A stretch of 64,000 nucleotides of DNA from Eledone cirrhosa (taxonomy: Eukaryota). The position numbers were made by a program, and so were the translations under genes. Positions 37,799 to 49,936 of this stretch are shown here, piece by piece; the first letter of the stretch is position 1, and every line of letters begins with the position of its first letter. Location: positions 388,678,001 through 388,742,000 of the forward strand of contig OZ024741.1 of assembly GCA_964016885.1 (NCBI GenBank). Reading direction: 5' to 3'. The notes beneath the pieces were generated by a model. It ran no database searches and had not been told where the DNA came from. It was given only the letters and a program-made list of their open reading frames with translations.

Positions 37799-39237
37799 AA
37801 CTTCGTGTGTATATAAGAAGGCAATATAACATTTTTGTTATATTAGTTTTGTAAGATTAGTTCTGTGTACAATACACATCTGGTAGTTTATTGTTTGTCT
37901 GCTGTAGTCACCACCTGCTACAATAATTCACTAAATGCTGTTCATCTGAATTTCCATTGAATAAATAATAAAACAGGAATCTATTTAATATAACAACTAC
38001 CTAACTATTGATTACTGCAACCTACAGGACTTCATACTATCTTTAAATATGTACAACTATGTACAACAATTTCTCTGAATTTAATTTACATATTTGAAAA
38101 GTAAAGTGATGATGATGATGATGATGATGATGATTATGTTGGTGGTCATGTTAGTGATGGATGAAGTGGGGGTAATGATGGTGCTGAAGGTTGGGGCGAT
38201 GATGATGATGATTATGGTAATGGTTCTGATGAAGGTGGTAGTGACGATAAGGGTGGCAGGTGCTGGTGGAGTTGGTGGAGATGGTGTGTTATGGTGGAGA
38301 TGGTGGTGATGATGATGATGATGATGGTGGCGTGTGTGTTATACATAAATACATACATATACACATATATGTGTGTGTGTGTGTGTGTGTATAATTGCAA
38401 GAAGGGAACTTGGATGTTAAATGGTGATGATATATATACACATATAACATATGTTTTATATATAGGTAAAGAGGTAAAGACCCCTTCAGTCACAAATGAC
38501 CATGGGATTTACACCTATAAAGTTTCCCTCCGAGGCACAATCTGGGCAAAGTTGTTTGTGGAAGACCAGCAGTCACCCATGCATACCAGCCTCCCCTCCC
38601 CACGCCACCGATGATGTAGCTTGACACCAGTTACATCGCAACTCATTTCTCCAGCTCAGTAAACTGGAGCAATGTGAAATAAAGTGTCTTGCTCAAGGAC
38701 ACAACGCATCACCCAGTCCAAGAATCAAACTCACAACCTTCCGATTGCAAACCCAATGCTCTAATATGCACCTTCACAATATCATATATGATATCATATA
38801 TCATATTATGTTATATAATGTGATATATGATATCATATTATATGATATGATATATGATACAAATTGATATATCATATTTTTTTTATTCTTTTACTATCAG
38901 CCAACAATCATTGATTTTCATTCATGCAGACATGGCAAGCACATGGTTGATGATTGTTGGGTAAGAAATGCCAAGTGGTTGAAGTGGAGAAGTGCAGTAC
39001 TGGAGGCTCAACTAATCCATGCAAGTGTAAAAAAACAAATGGAAAAGCGATGATGTTGATAATGTTGATGATAATGATTATAGATATAGAGAGAGAAGAG
39101 AGAGAAGAGAGAGATAGTTTGTGGTGCTGAGACCAGGAGGATAACAAATCATGGGATTACTCAATGCATGGGGAGATGCAGAATGGGTAGAAAGAGAGAA
39201 ATATGAACCCAACTGCTTGGCATCGTGGTCAAGTTCA

Positions 39238-39303
<66 letters not shown>

Positions 39304-40598
39304 TGTGTGTGTGTGTGTGTGTGTTCATTCCAGAGTGTCTAGAGTGTTCATTCCAGAGACATGTTTTGTTCGAGGTTGCAGGCTTTAAGATAATCCCTGT
39401 TTATTTATGTGAGCACCCTCTTCCCTGTCTACTAGGGGCCACAATCTTGATACATTGCTGAATCTACCCACCACTATGGTTCACATGTATAATCATCATC
39501 ATCATCGTCATCATCATTTGAATGTAGCATGGCTGTATGAGTAAGAAGTTTTCTTTGCAATCATTAGGCCCTGGGTTCAATTTCACTGAGTGGCACCTTA
39601 ATCAAAAGATTTCCTATCACTGTGTGTTGATCCACGATTAATGATTGAAATTGGGTTGATGGAAACTGTTTGGAAGTCTGTCAGGTGGACTGTACCTCTG
39701 TTTCAAAAGGCTAACAGTGTCATTCATAGTGTTACACTGAATCTCCCTGAGAATTACGTTAAGAGTACATGTAATTCTGAATTGCTCAGTCACTTATGTG
39801 TTAATTGCAAGTGTAGGCTGTTCTGTTGATTAAACTGGAACATTCCTCATCAAAAACGGTGGAAGTTCATTCATTCTTCATCATTTAACATCTACATATA
39901 TAATGACTGCATAATTTCATACAACATATACTGCTTTGGCCTCACCCCACAAGACATACATCAGCTTCTATCCGTCATTGTAGAAAATACATATTTCACT
40001 TTCCACCACCACACATACAAACAAACAACAGGCCTACCCATGGGGTCCAGTCTTTCAGGCCTTCTAGCCTTCAGCTATATGAACCAACTGTAATGTTGAG
40101 CGCTCAACATTTGCCGCTCCTGTGTTGTCTTCACCCGATACATATATACTCATCCTCATATCATCCCGTGAAGATGCCATCATAATATCTGCGGCATTTT
40201 CAAACACAGATAACAACATACGATTTACCACAGAACACCTTGATAAAAATGCTTCCTTGACTCTGCTGGATTTCCAACTTAGAGTAACAGAAGAAGGTAC
40301 TATATACACCAACTTCTATAGGAAAGCTGCCAGCAGAGACATGTTTGTGCATTATAGATCAGCCCTTCCCCTTGATGCGAAAACCGGACACATAAGAAAT
40401 GAACTTAAGCGTATCCTGAATAAATGCAGCAAAACAGAGGACCAGATCATACAAACTGCACACTTCATAGATGTACTAAAGACAAATGGATATCCAACAT
40501 CCATAGTGAATCGTCTTAAGAATCAAAGGCACTGCAGGCATAAGACCTCCTCTAACACCTGCTTCATGAAAATACCACATTTCAGCAAAAGCATAACC

Positions 40599-40743
40599 AC
40601 AGCTATCCGCAGAGCTATCCGCAGAGCTATCCGCAGAGCTATCCGCAGAGCTATCCACAGAGCTATCCGCAGAGCTATCCACAGAGCTATCCGCAGAGCT
40701 ATCCGCAGAGCTATCCGCAGAGCTATCCGCAGAGCTATCCGCA
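40599..40743. repeat. 12-bp tandem repeat (AGAGCTATCCGC) x12, in frame within the Penelope ORF
   Basis: Encodes (AIRR)n with two AIHR variants. Confidence 0.95.
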
Positions 40744-41095
40744 AAGAAGGACTGGACATACAATTAGCACACTCTGGTCCTTCACTGCGTGGACACCTGT
40801 CTAAAAAGCAATCCAAAGACAACAACAAACAATGCTCTCTGACTAACTGCCCAATCCACGATACAGGTATGTGCCAGTGGACACATGTGGTTAACTGGAT
40901 TGTATGCAACAAATGTAAGGGGTTCTACATTGGTAGATCGAGCACTCCACACTTGCATTAAAGAACACCTCAACACACGTACATCCTCTTTCAAAAAACA
41001 CATTGACAAATGTAGAAACACCACACAAAATATTACTGCTACTAGTGAAGCTAGAGATAGAAATGTGGGCAATTTAAGAATTAAGAAAGCCTTGC

Positions 41096-41440
41096 ATGGA
41101 GGCACATGGCTTAGTGGTTAGAGCATTGGCCTTGCAATCGAAAGGTTGTGAATTCAATTCTCAGACCGCATTATGTGTTGTTTCCTTGAGCAAAACACTT
41201 TATTTCACATTGCTCCAGTTTACTCAGCTGTAGAAATGAGATGATGGGACTGGGGTCCCTATCATTCCACTGCAAAGTGGTCGTGGAGGAGCCACGGCAA
41301 AAAAAACACCCAGCACTCACTTTAAATGAGGTTGGTGTTAGGAAGGGCATCCAGCTGTAGAAATCAAGCCAGAATCAGTTCCCGTCCCACCCTTGCAAGC
41401 AGGGAAAAGCGGACGTAAAATGATCCTAAAAATGAATGAT
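41096..41440 (+). mobile_element. SINE family 2 copy inserted into the Penelope GIY-YIG domain
   Basis: Homologous to 31788-32177; CCTTGC duplicated at the flanks. Confidence 0.8.
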
Positions 41441-43664
41441 CCTTGCTCATACGCAGACTCAACCTGCAAATAAATAACAGATTAGAACTCAGCACACAGT
41501 ACTTGACATAAAAAGACACAACCACAGGCACACAAACTAAACAACATTTAATACAAAAAAGAAAATTGATTTCGTGAAATACTACGTTAGAAATTTACGT
41601 CATTCTTGTGAATAGTGAAACAACCATCAAAAAACGCTTGAAGACGATTTAGGAAAATTTAAATCAAAATCCCAAAGAGAGGAAATTGGAACATTATTCT
41701 CTGAAAGTTCCTTAAACCCTGAAGAAGGGACTTTTAGGTTCCAAAATATTGGACAGAAAAAAGAACAACAAAAAACAAAACAAGGATTACCAGGTAACTT
41801 ACTTTTCATTACCTCATCTTACAGTCCATTTTGCATTGTTTAACCTTCTATTTCTTCCAACGTTATATATTATATACAATGCTTCAAACAAACTACAACA
41901 TTTTATCTACATATCACCAAGGAGATGACGAAGGACCGTGACAAGTGGAGAGATGCTGTGCTGAATAGGACCCGTCCAACCCTTGCAAGCAGGGAAAAGC
42001 TGACATAAAATGATGATGATGATGATGATGATGATATGTGTGTGTAAAAGTTTTTCCACACAAACATAAGGTCATGAGTTCAATTCCTGACCACATATGT
42101 CCTTGGGCAAAACACTTTATTTGACATTACTCCAGTTGTACCAGTAATTTAAAGATTCAGCCTGTCTCACACAGTACCATGCTGACAGTTACAGTAAGGG
42201 TGCTCGTGTTTGTGAAATGCTCATTTTGAACATTCATTGAAACTGACAGAGGTCCTACTACTATCATCAGCAGTATATATACATGACAAGGTAACTTGGC
42301 GAAACTGCCTGAACTTGCACTTGATCCTCCACTTCCACTAATATATATATATATAAAGTCTAAAGTCTGTTTCACACTTAGAGGCTCATTAGGCTGGTAC
42401 TTACCTCAGTTAATTGGTGTTAACCAAATGAAAGTATAACCCCCTCCCTGGACAGGATACCAGTTCATCGCAGGGTGAAACCACCAGCTTCTGTTGGTAC
42501 TCATTTTCAGCTGAGTATTCTGGAGTTATATGAAATGAAGTGTCTGTTCAAGAACACAATACACAACTCTGTCCAGGAATTAAACTTATGACATTATGAT
42601 CATAAGTCCAACACCCTAACCACTAGGCCATGTGTCTTCACTATATATACATGTGAATAAACATAATAATGCTATATATAATGCTATACTACTCCTTATT
42701 ATTAATATTACATGTATATATCATCATCATCATTGTCGATTTAAAATCACTTTCCATGCTAGCAAGGATTGGATGGGTCTACATAGACCAAGTCAATACT
42801 AAAGCAGAGCTACTGATCTCCCAGACAGGTCAGGGATCTGTGTCTCACTTATGTATGGTCTCACATTCTCCTAAGTGCACAGGAGAGGTTGTGATGCTTT
42901 GACACCCTTTATTAGGCTAGATACCTTTCATATCACCAACCACTTTACAGCGTGTACTGGGTACATTGTAGATCACCAACACTAGGGAGGTTGTCATATA
43001 CATGTATGAATATATATATATTCATATATATATATATTCAGTTGGTGCTACTGGTAACATGTATCCCAGTACAACCTGTCTCATGGTCGGATCGTTGGCG
43101 ACTAAACTGGCAACCCCACCAAGGTTTCTTGGTGAGGAGGGTGACTTTGGACATCCTGCAGGAATAAAAACAAAACCTGTCAAAGGGCAAAGGAGCTCTT
43201 AAGAGGCAATGGCCATCCAAAATCACCGGGAGAGATGACCCCTTAGCCTTTGTCAAGGCAGAATTCTAGGAGAAGGAAAACTCTGATATAACACCTGCAA
43301 CCCCGATGGTATCCAATGATGTTGACTTGTTCTTCTTTTTGGTAAATATCATCTTGGTTAAGAGAATGGGACTGGCTTTGTGCAGTGCCTTTGCTCACTA
43401 TAAAAGCTTCACGGCACAGGCATTGCTTAATATCTGGAGATCTCTCTGTACTTGTCGTCACATGGTACCATGGGCCCAGCACTATGTATCAATAATTGTC
43501 ACAAGTGTAGTGTTTGTACCAGAGTTTTCAAGTCGCTGGCTGGACTAAAAAGTCACACTCGTTCAGCGCATCGGTAGGGGTTCTCTTACATGGATATAAA
43601 GTAGTGGCCGTACTCGAAAACGAGTTGGCAGCCACCATATATATACATATATATATATATAGAT

Positions 43665-45292
43665 AAATTTCTTTATTAGCCACAAGGGCACAAAAGAAGG
43701 GGACAAATACAAATGGGGAGTTTACATACAGGTATATGAAAATAAAACTATTAATAAAACAACAAATAACAATTGAAATCCCCAATAGGGGGGAGGTGTT
43801 ACACAGGGGTTGTACACATCCCGAAAAAATGTACAACCCTCATCTCCAGGAGCACTAAGAGTTAGTACTCCCTTCCTCTCTTCCTCTTTTTCCTCAACCT
43901 ACAGGCTTATATAGAGAGAAGGCCCAACCACTCGGGCCATCTTTGCCGCATTCACCCACTTTTTATAAAATTTGCTGGGGTACAGCACCTCTCTCTCCAT
44001 CCTGATTCTTCTTCCAAAATGATATTTGAAAAAACGAATCAGTTGCTCGCCGGAGAGAAAGGTGTCTGACCTCAGCCCTTTTAACCTCGTCCACCATATA
44101 ACCTCTTTCACCATAGCCATAACACATAGGAAAACCACCTCTCCTTCGTTTTTGAAGGAGGGTGGCGGTTTGATCATGACAATGGACTCGGTGGTCAACT
44201 GGATTGGTCCCACCTGTGACAATAGTCGTTCTACATAGCCCCACAGGTCGGTAACGCCCGGGCAGTGTACAAATGCGTGTGCAACGGTTTCCTCGTCGCG
44301 CACGCATCTTGGACAGATCTTTTTCGAAGGGTCCCTACCCGGGTGCCCGTATCTGTAGAGCTTGTCTCAAACTGGTAGAGCTCCTCGGTAGCACTGCCAT
44401 GCCAGGGACTTTTGGAAGTTGTCCATTGGTCCCGGGCGGAAGGTCCTACCGAACAGACTGGCCAGTTCGTCCTCCTCTACGCCTAGAGTTTCTCCGAGTG
44501 TGTCGTCGCACTTGCTGCGGACTAACCCTCTATAGAATGTCGAAGTGGAGTCTCCACTGATCACCGGGTCCGTTTGCCAGAGGACTGTGAGTGCCTGAGC
44601 ACATTCGATATGCCAGTCGACCATTTTCCATGGTCTTTGCTTGACCCAGGTCTGCAGCTCGGTCAGCGAGACGAGTCATGGGAAGGCTCGCCTCACGAAT
44701 GGGGCCCACACCGGTTGTCTGGTGAGGAATACGTGGAGGTGCCGCAGCCTGAGCGCGAGCTTGCGCATCGTCAGCCACGGCATCCCCAGCCCTCCGTTTG
44801 AAGGGTGTTGGCAGCAGATGGATCTTCTCACCAAAGGAGCCCGTTTCTTCCAAAGGAATTGGAAGAGCGCGCGCTCCATTTTGGTGAGCGTTTTGGCTGG
44901 ACAAGGCACAACGGTCAAGCGGTAGTAGATGATGGGTGCTATAAAAGTGTTCGCCACCTCCTCGACTTTTCAAGGATAGTTTGCACTCGGCCCACTTCTG
45001 GGTGAGCGCAAACACCTTGGCTGTCACCTCGTTCCAGTTCTTCTCCACCTGGAGGTCAGGACCAAACCAGACCCCGAGTAGCTTTACCAGTTCTTCCGTC
45101 CAGCGTCCAACGACGTCATCGGAAGGCATTGGTTTGACTCTCCATGTTCCGAGTTGCAAACCGACGGATTTGTCCCGGTTCAGCTTCGCTCCTGTGAACT
45201 TTTCGTATTCCTCCAGTAAGATGCCGATCTCCCCGATTTGCAAGGTGCTTGCAACCATTACTGTCACATCGTCGGCGTAGGCCGACGCCGCT
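43665..45292 (-). mobile_element. 5'-truncated, decayed Tx1-clade LINE of a related subfamily, flanked by (TA)n/(TAGA)n
   Basis: Begins at SAYADDV; KSVGLQLGTWR, VKLLGVWFGPDLQ and GPMDNFQKSLAWQCYRGALPV; 3' end CCTTGTGGCTAATAAAGAAAT followed by (TA)n. Confidence 0.88.
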
Positions 45293-45324
45293 TTATATAG
45301 ATAGATAGATAGATATATGAATAT

Positions 45325-45882
45325 ATGTATAGTATATTTGGCAATATAGCATTTAATTAAAAATATTTAGAAGACCATTCACTATTAGTTTTAAAGTAGT
45401 GACTATGTCATTTACTTATTTTTGAGGAAAACAAGAGAGAGTGATCGACAGTCTGTTTCTCGCTGGTTGGCGTTTATCAGAACCACACACTCCCCTGCCT
45501 CTGCCGAAAATTATAGAAATTGGATTCTTATAGAATTCCAGTAATAATCAGAAACTTATTATACAGAGGAATTGCTGGTCCAGCAAAAATTAGGTATTAG
45601 TATTGGTGCTCTGAAATAGCGATGTATACATGAATGTATGTATAGTATATTTGGCAATATACCGTATAGAGCAGTGTGTGGTTTTGATAAATACCAACCA
45701 GTGAGAAACAGACTGTCAATCACTCTCCCTTGTTTTTGCCGAAAATAAGTAAGTGACATAGTCACTACTTTAAAACTGATAGCGTATGGTCTTCTAAATG
45801 TTTTAATCAAACATACGGTATATTGCCAAATATACTATACATACTTTCATGTATACATCGCTATTTCAGAGCACCAATACTA

Positions 45883-45884
<2 letters not shown>
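45325..45884. repeat. Nested inverted repeats (foldback-like)
   Basis: 45325-45491 vs 45673-45845 and 45597-45668 vs 45813-45884 are reverse complements. Confidence 0.7.
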
Positions 45885-45913
<29 letters not shown>

Positions 45914-45917
45914 ATAC

Positions 45918-46728
45918 ATGTAATCTGAGTTTTTCGAATATTAATAATAACATTCGATTCATTTGCAATTATGTAAACAAGTCTCTCATTTTTAAAGCCA
46001 TGTCAGTAGAATGAGCCCCTCATTCTTGCTACTGTGTTGGCATGTAAACAGAACTGCAGACACTAATGTTTCTGAGTATCACCCTTCATCAGTACAGCTC
46101 ACTGTTCACCTGCCAACTGTCAGAGCTAGTGAAAATATATGCTATTTTCTAAAATATACTGTGACTAATCGGCCTGATTTGCATATTAGCAGTTCCATTG
46201 ATCAGCTAGATTTGCATATCAGCAGACTGGCTAGTCAGTTTCCTGTATATGAGCATTCACTGGCCGGCTTTGCCACATTCAATTACAAAAAACCTTCACT
46301 CTACATGGCTGAATAAAATAAATGTAATCCGAGTTTTTCGAATATTAATAATAATATTCGATTCATTTGCAATTATGCAAACAAGCCTTTTAATTGAATG
46401 TGGCAAAGCCAGCCATTGATCGCTTGTATACAGGAAACTGACTGGTCAATCTGCTAATATGCAAATCAGGCCGATCAGTCACTGTATATTTTAGAAAATA
46501 GCATATATTTTCACTGGCTCTGACAGTTTGGCAGGCGAACAGTGATACCCAGAAATATTAGTGTCTGCAGTTCTGTTTACATGCCAACACAAAAGCAAGA
46601 ATGAGGGGCTCATTCTACTGACATGGCTTTAAAAATGAGGCTTGTTTGCATAATTGCAAACGAATCGAATATTATTATTAATATTTGACAAACTCAGATT
46701 ACATTTATTGCATTCAGCCATGTAGAGC
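45918..46728. mobile_element. Hammerhead-containing unit of about 404 nt in partial tandem, plus an inverted permuted copy (retrozyme/Penelope pLTR-like)
   Basis: ATGTAATC(T/C)GAGTTTTTCGAATATT starts at both 45918 and 46322; 46390-46728 is the reverse complement and runs across the unit junction. Confidence 0.75.
46051..46100 (-). ncRNA. Type I hammerhead ribozyme
   Basis: Minus strand: gagctgta CTGATGA agggtgatactca GAAA ca ttag tg TC tgcagttc. Stem I has 8 bp including GU pairs; the cleavage triplet is GUC. Confidence 0.85.
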
Positions 46729-46754
46729 AACATTTTTTTTTAATATATATATAT

Positions 46755-46755
<1 letters not shown>

Positions 46756-46786
<31 letters not shown>

Positions 46787-47025
46787 TTTACGTACGCTTT
46801 TCCCTGCTTGCAAGGGTGGAACGGTATCTATTCAGCACAGCATCTCTCCACTTGTCACGGTCCTTCGACATCTCCACTGTGAGCTTCAGCGATCTGAGGT
46901 CTGCTCTCACCACCTCCGCCCATGTTTTTTGTGGTCTTCCTCTACTACGTCTTCCTTCAACTGGCATTTCTTGGCACTTCTTCACCCATCGGTCATCCTC
47001 CATGCACATCACATATCCATACCAT
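46756..47025 (-). mobile_element. RTE LINE 3' end
   Basis: RGRPQKTW...; (GAT)n tail. Confidence 0.82.
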
Positions 47026-47033
47026 GTATATAC

Positions 47034-47092
<59 letters not shown>

Positions 47093-47202
47093 CACTTATT
47101 TTATAGCTTTGTTCACTGTTCCCTAAAGATGCACTGAATAAAGTTTTGTCAATATTGGTTTCTCAAAGCTCTGTTTGGTAAGGTAAAATTTTCCTTTAGT
47201 AG

Positions 47203-47880
47203 TTATTTGGTATACAGTAGTGGCCTATTGTCATGAGGCTGGAGGAACCATATAACCCAGATGATTAGGTATACAGTAGATATATCGATGGCCATGGGCT
47301 GGATTCTGGGTGATATCAGATGGAAATATTGAATTAGTTTATCTAACCTGTCTCTGGTAATTAAATCCCTGATCCCTGTAGACCAGAAAAAGTTGTCTTT
47401 CAAGAAATACATGTCCTGGTTTCGTACAGAAACAATCCCCATCATTATTTGAAAGATCCTGATTTCAGACACAGTTGTGTTACACCACTTTGAATTGAGC
47501 CCTTTTGACTCAGTGTATCATGTTGGTTTCATTTACCATCAAATCAAATAGTTCAGGATTAAATACTAGAAAAAAAAAATCTATTTCTTTTTTCTCAGAG
47601 TCTATGATATTTACTGGTTTGGGATTTCCTTTGAATATGTTAACATAACTTCTGAGAAATGATCACTGCATTCTAAAGTTGGTTCGGCATCATCACTGCT
47701 GTCTTGGTTCTCGTGCAAATTCATCATTGAAATATCTTCATCAGTGTCAGATTCAGACATCAAATCAATATCTGATAAAGTCTCTTCATTTTCCAAATAT
47801 ATTTCATAGTTTTTTTCTGCTACAACTACATCAGTTTCTGTAAAGCCTTTGGAAATATAATCACTTTCACTATCCAATGG
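47203..47880 (-). pseudogene. piggyBac-like transposase, N-terminal half (inverted relative to the C-terminal half)
   Basis: Acidic N-terminus, then EIRIF..MMGIV...WSTGIRDLITRDRLDKLIQYFHL...PLLY. Confidence 0.7.
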
Positions 47881-48269
47881 AATGTTTTAATTTTTTTTAA
47901 TTTTCCTTCTAAAAATAACATAGTTTTGTCTTTCATGTGTAACTTATATCTAACTACTACAAAGCTAAAATTATTCATAAATTATTCTTAAAACACTCCC
48001 TGATTGTTTCAAACTAAGTATGGCTTTCTAATTCAAACAACCAGTAAGCATTTTACATCAGAAATGAACACACTTCAAAGAATGACTCCAAGTGGGATTC
48101 AACTCTGAATGAATTTTATTGTCATGACTAAAGTCAGAATCAGAGAAGAGCAAATGCCATAAAATATTTACTACTAAGCTGACTAAACACATGACAAATC
48201 TTTACTTCCCTCCTTTTGTTTACTCTTTCCACCCTATACTAAAAATGTCTTCCCTTTCTTGTCCTCTCT

Positions 48270-49250
48270 TTACGTTCCACTCTATACCCATGTCAGGTCT
48301 TTTATCAAATGGACATGCCAAAGTTTGAAATCACAGTATAAACCACATTATGAAACATCCATTGACTAAACTATGATTGCCTTCACCAGATGACTGGCCT
48401 TGAAACAGTACATTTCATTGAAGCTTACAAAATGTGGGACAAAAGTATGAATGTGGGCAGATCTCCACATTGGTTATGAGAACAACTTCCAAGTTTATGC
48501 AGGGAAAGTTTCAAATCTGCCCAAACAAGGACTTGGAGAAAGAGTGGTGAAGGACCTCACAAGAGACATATGGGACTAAACCATGTATACTGTGATAATT
48601 TCTTTTCATTTGTACAACTCTTTGAGGCACTTCTACAGAATGGCACATAAATATAGAAGGGGCATGCCAAAAGCTATCACCTCAGCCAAATTGAAAAGAC
48701 AAGGTGATATGATACAAAAACATAGGGGAACTTAGTGGAAATGGCCTGGCACAATAATAAGACTGTAACACTGCTGACAATCAATGCCAGTTCAAATGAC
48801 TTAACAAGTATCTAGTGAAAACAAAAATCTGGAGAATACCACAATGTGCCATGTCTGAGATCAATAAAAAAAATTATGCTGACCACATGAATGGTGTAGA
48901 CCATGCAGATCAGTTGTGAGCCACCTACTGCATTGGAAAGAAGTTCAACAAATGGTGAAAATATCTATTTTATTTTGTTGTTGATGTGGTTCATTGTTTG
49001 TGCTGATGAAAGAGTCATCAACTCATAAGCTCCTGTCTAAAAAATTGCAAGAACAAAAATATATACTCAGTTGGTTTTCAGAATGAATCTGACCCATCAA
49101 CTGATCAGTGACTATTCTTATAAATAAAAGGTCCCTGAAAGAAGTTTCCCAGGTCAGTTTCCAAACAGAACATTAGAAAGGAATCAAAAACAGGATGTAA
49201 TCAGTGCAAAGTAAACCTCTGCATCAGTTCTTTCAAGCTGTATCCTCTTC
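48270..49250 (+). pseudogene. piggyBac-like transposase catalytic core and Cys-rich C-terminus, decayed
   Basis: Manual translation gives TSID*TMIAF, LKQYI, NFQVYAGK, LGERVVKDL, VYCDNFFS, HMNGVDHADQL and GCNQCKVNLC. Confidence 0.75.
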
Positions 49251-49936
49251 TCTTGAACATTTCCAGCAATTGATATAAACAAACTTCTACATATGTTGAG
49301 AGTTAAAGGAAATACTGTTTTTTTCCAATTTTTGCTCATATTTTATTATACTAAATTATTATACTAAGTTTGATTAAATGAAAATGTAAATATAATGAAC
49401 TTTTTTTCCATATCTTTTTAAAAATTTAGTTTTGACCCATCACTGAAAATTTCATGTTTCTATTTTTATTATTTATAAACTTAGAGCCATTTTTGTACGG
49501 GCATGTTAAATAACTATAGATTTTCACTATTCAGCTTCGGGAATTATCAAAACATCATATAGAGAGGTAGCACTATGGTGGCACTGGTGGCCGTCATGGA
49601 GGAAAGAATGTAGATAATTTATTCAAATTATTACAAATAAGTAATAACATGTTACTTCTTGCTAATCCGATCTTGTTTTTTTTTTAATTCATGATATAAT
49701 AAACACATTCGAATATATAGAAATATACAGATGCAGCCATACATGTGATTTAAAGATATACATGCACTTATTATTTATCTACACTTAATTTATATATATG
49801 TGTTAACTTTTAATTTACAAATATACATATATCATCATCATCATCACCATTTAACGTCCGTTTGTATATATATATATATATAAATATATATATAAGAGAG
49901 TATTGAAGTTTGCTTGAAGTATTGTGGAATAATAAG

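Larger units (their letters stand above)
39900..41500 (+). mobile_element. Decayed Penelope-like element (RT C-terminus/thumb and GIY-YIG), interrupted by a SINE
   Basis: IRFTTE...LLDFQL...TNFYRK...VHYRSALP; VVNWIVCNKCKGFYIG; IKEHLN; IK(E)AL continues after the SINE. Confidence 0.8.

Noticed and set aside
40599-40743. CRISPR-like array
   Set aside because: There are no spacers; it is a simple 12-bp tandem repeat in eukaryotic DNA.
41715-41760. Hammerhead downstream of the Penelope ORF (CTGAAGA-gggac/gttcc)
   Set aside because: GAAA is replaced by AAAA and stems I/III do not pair; at best a dead remnant.
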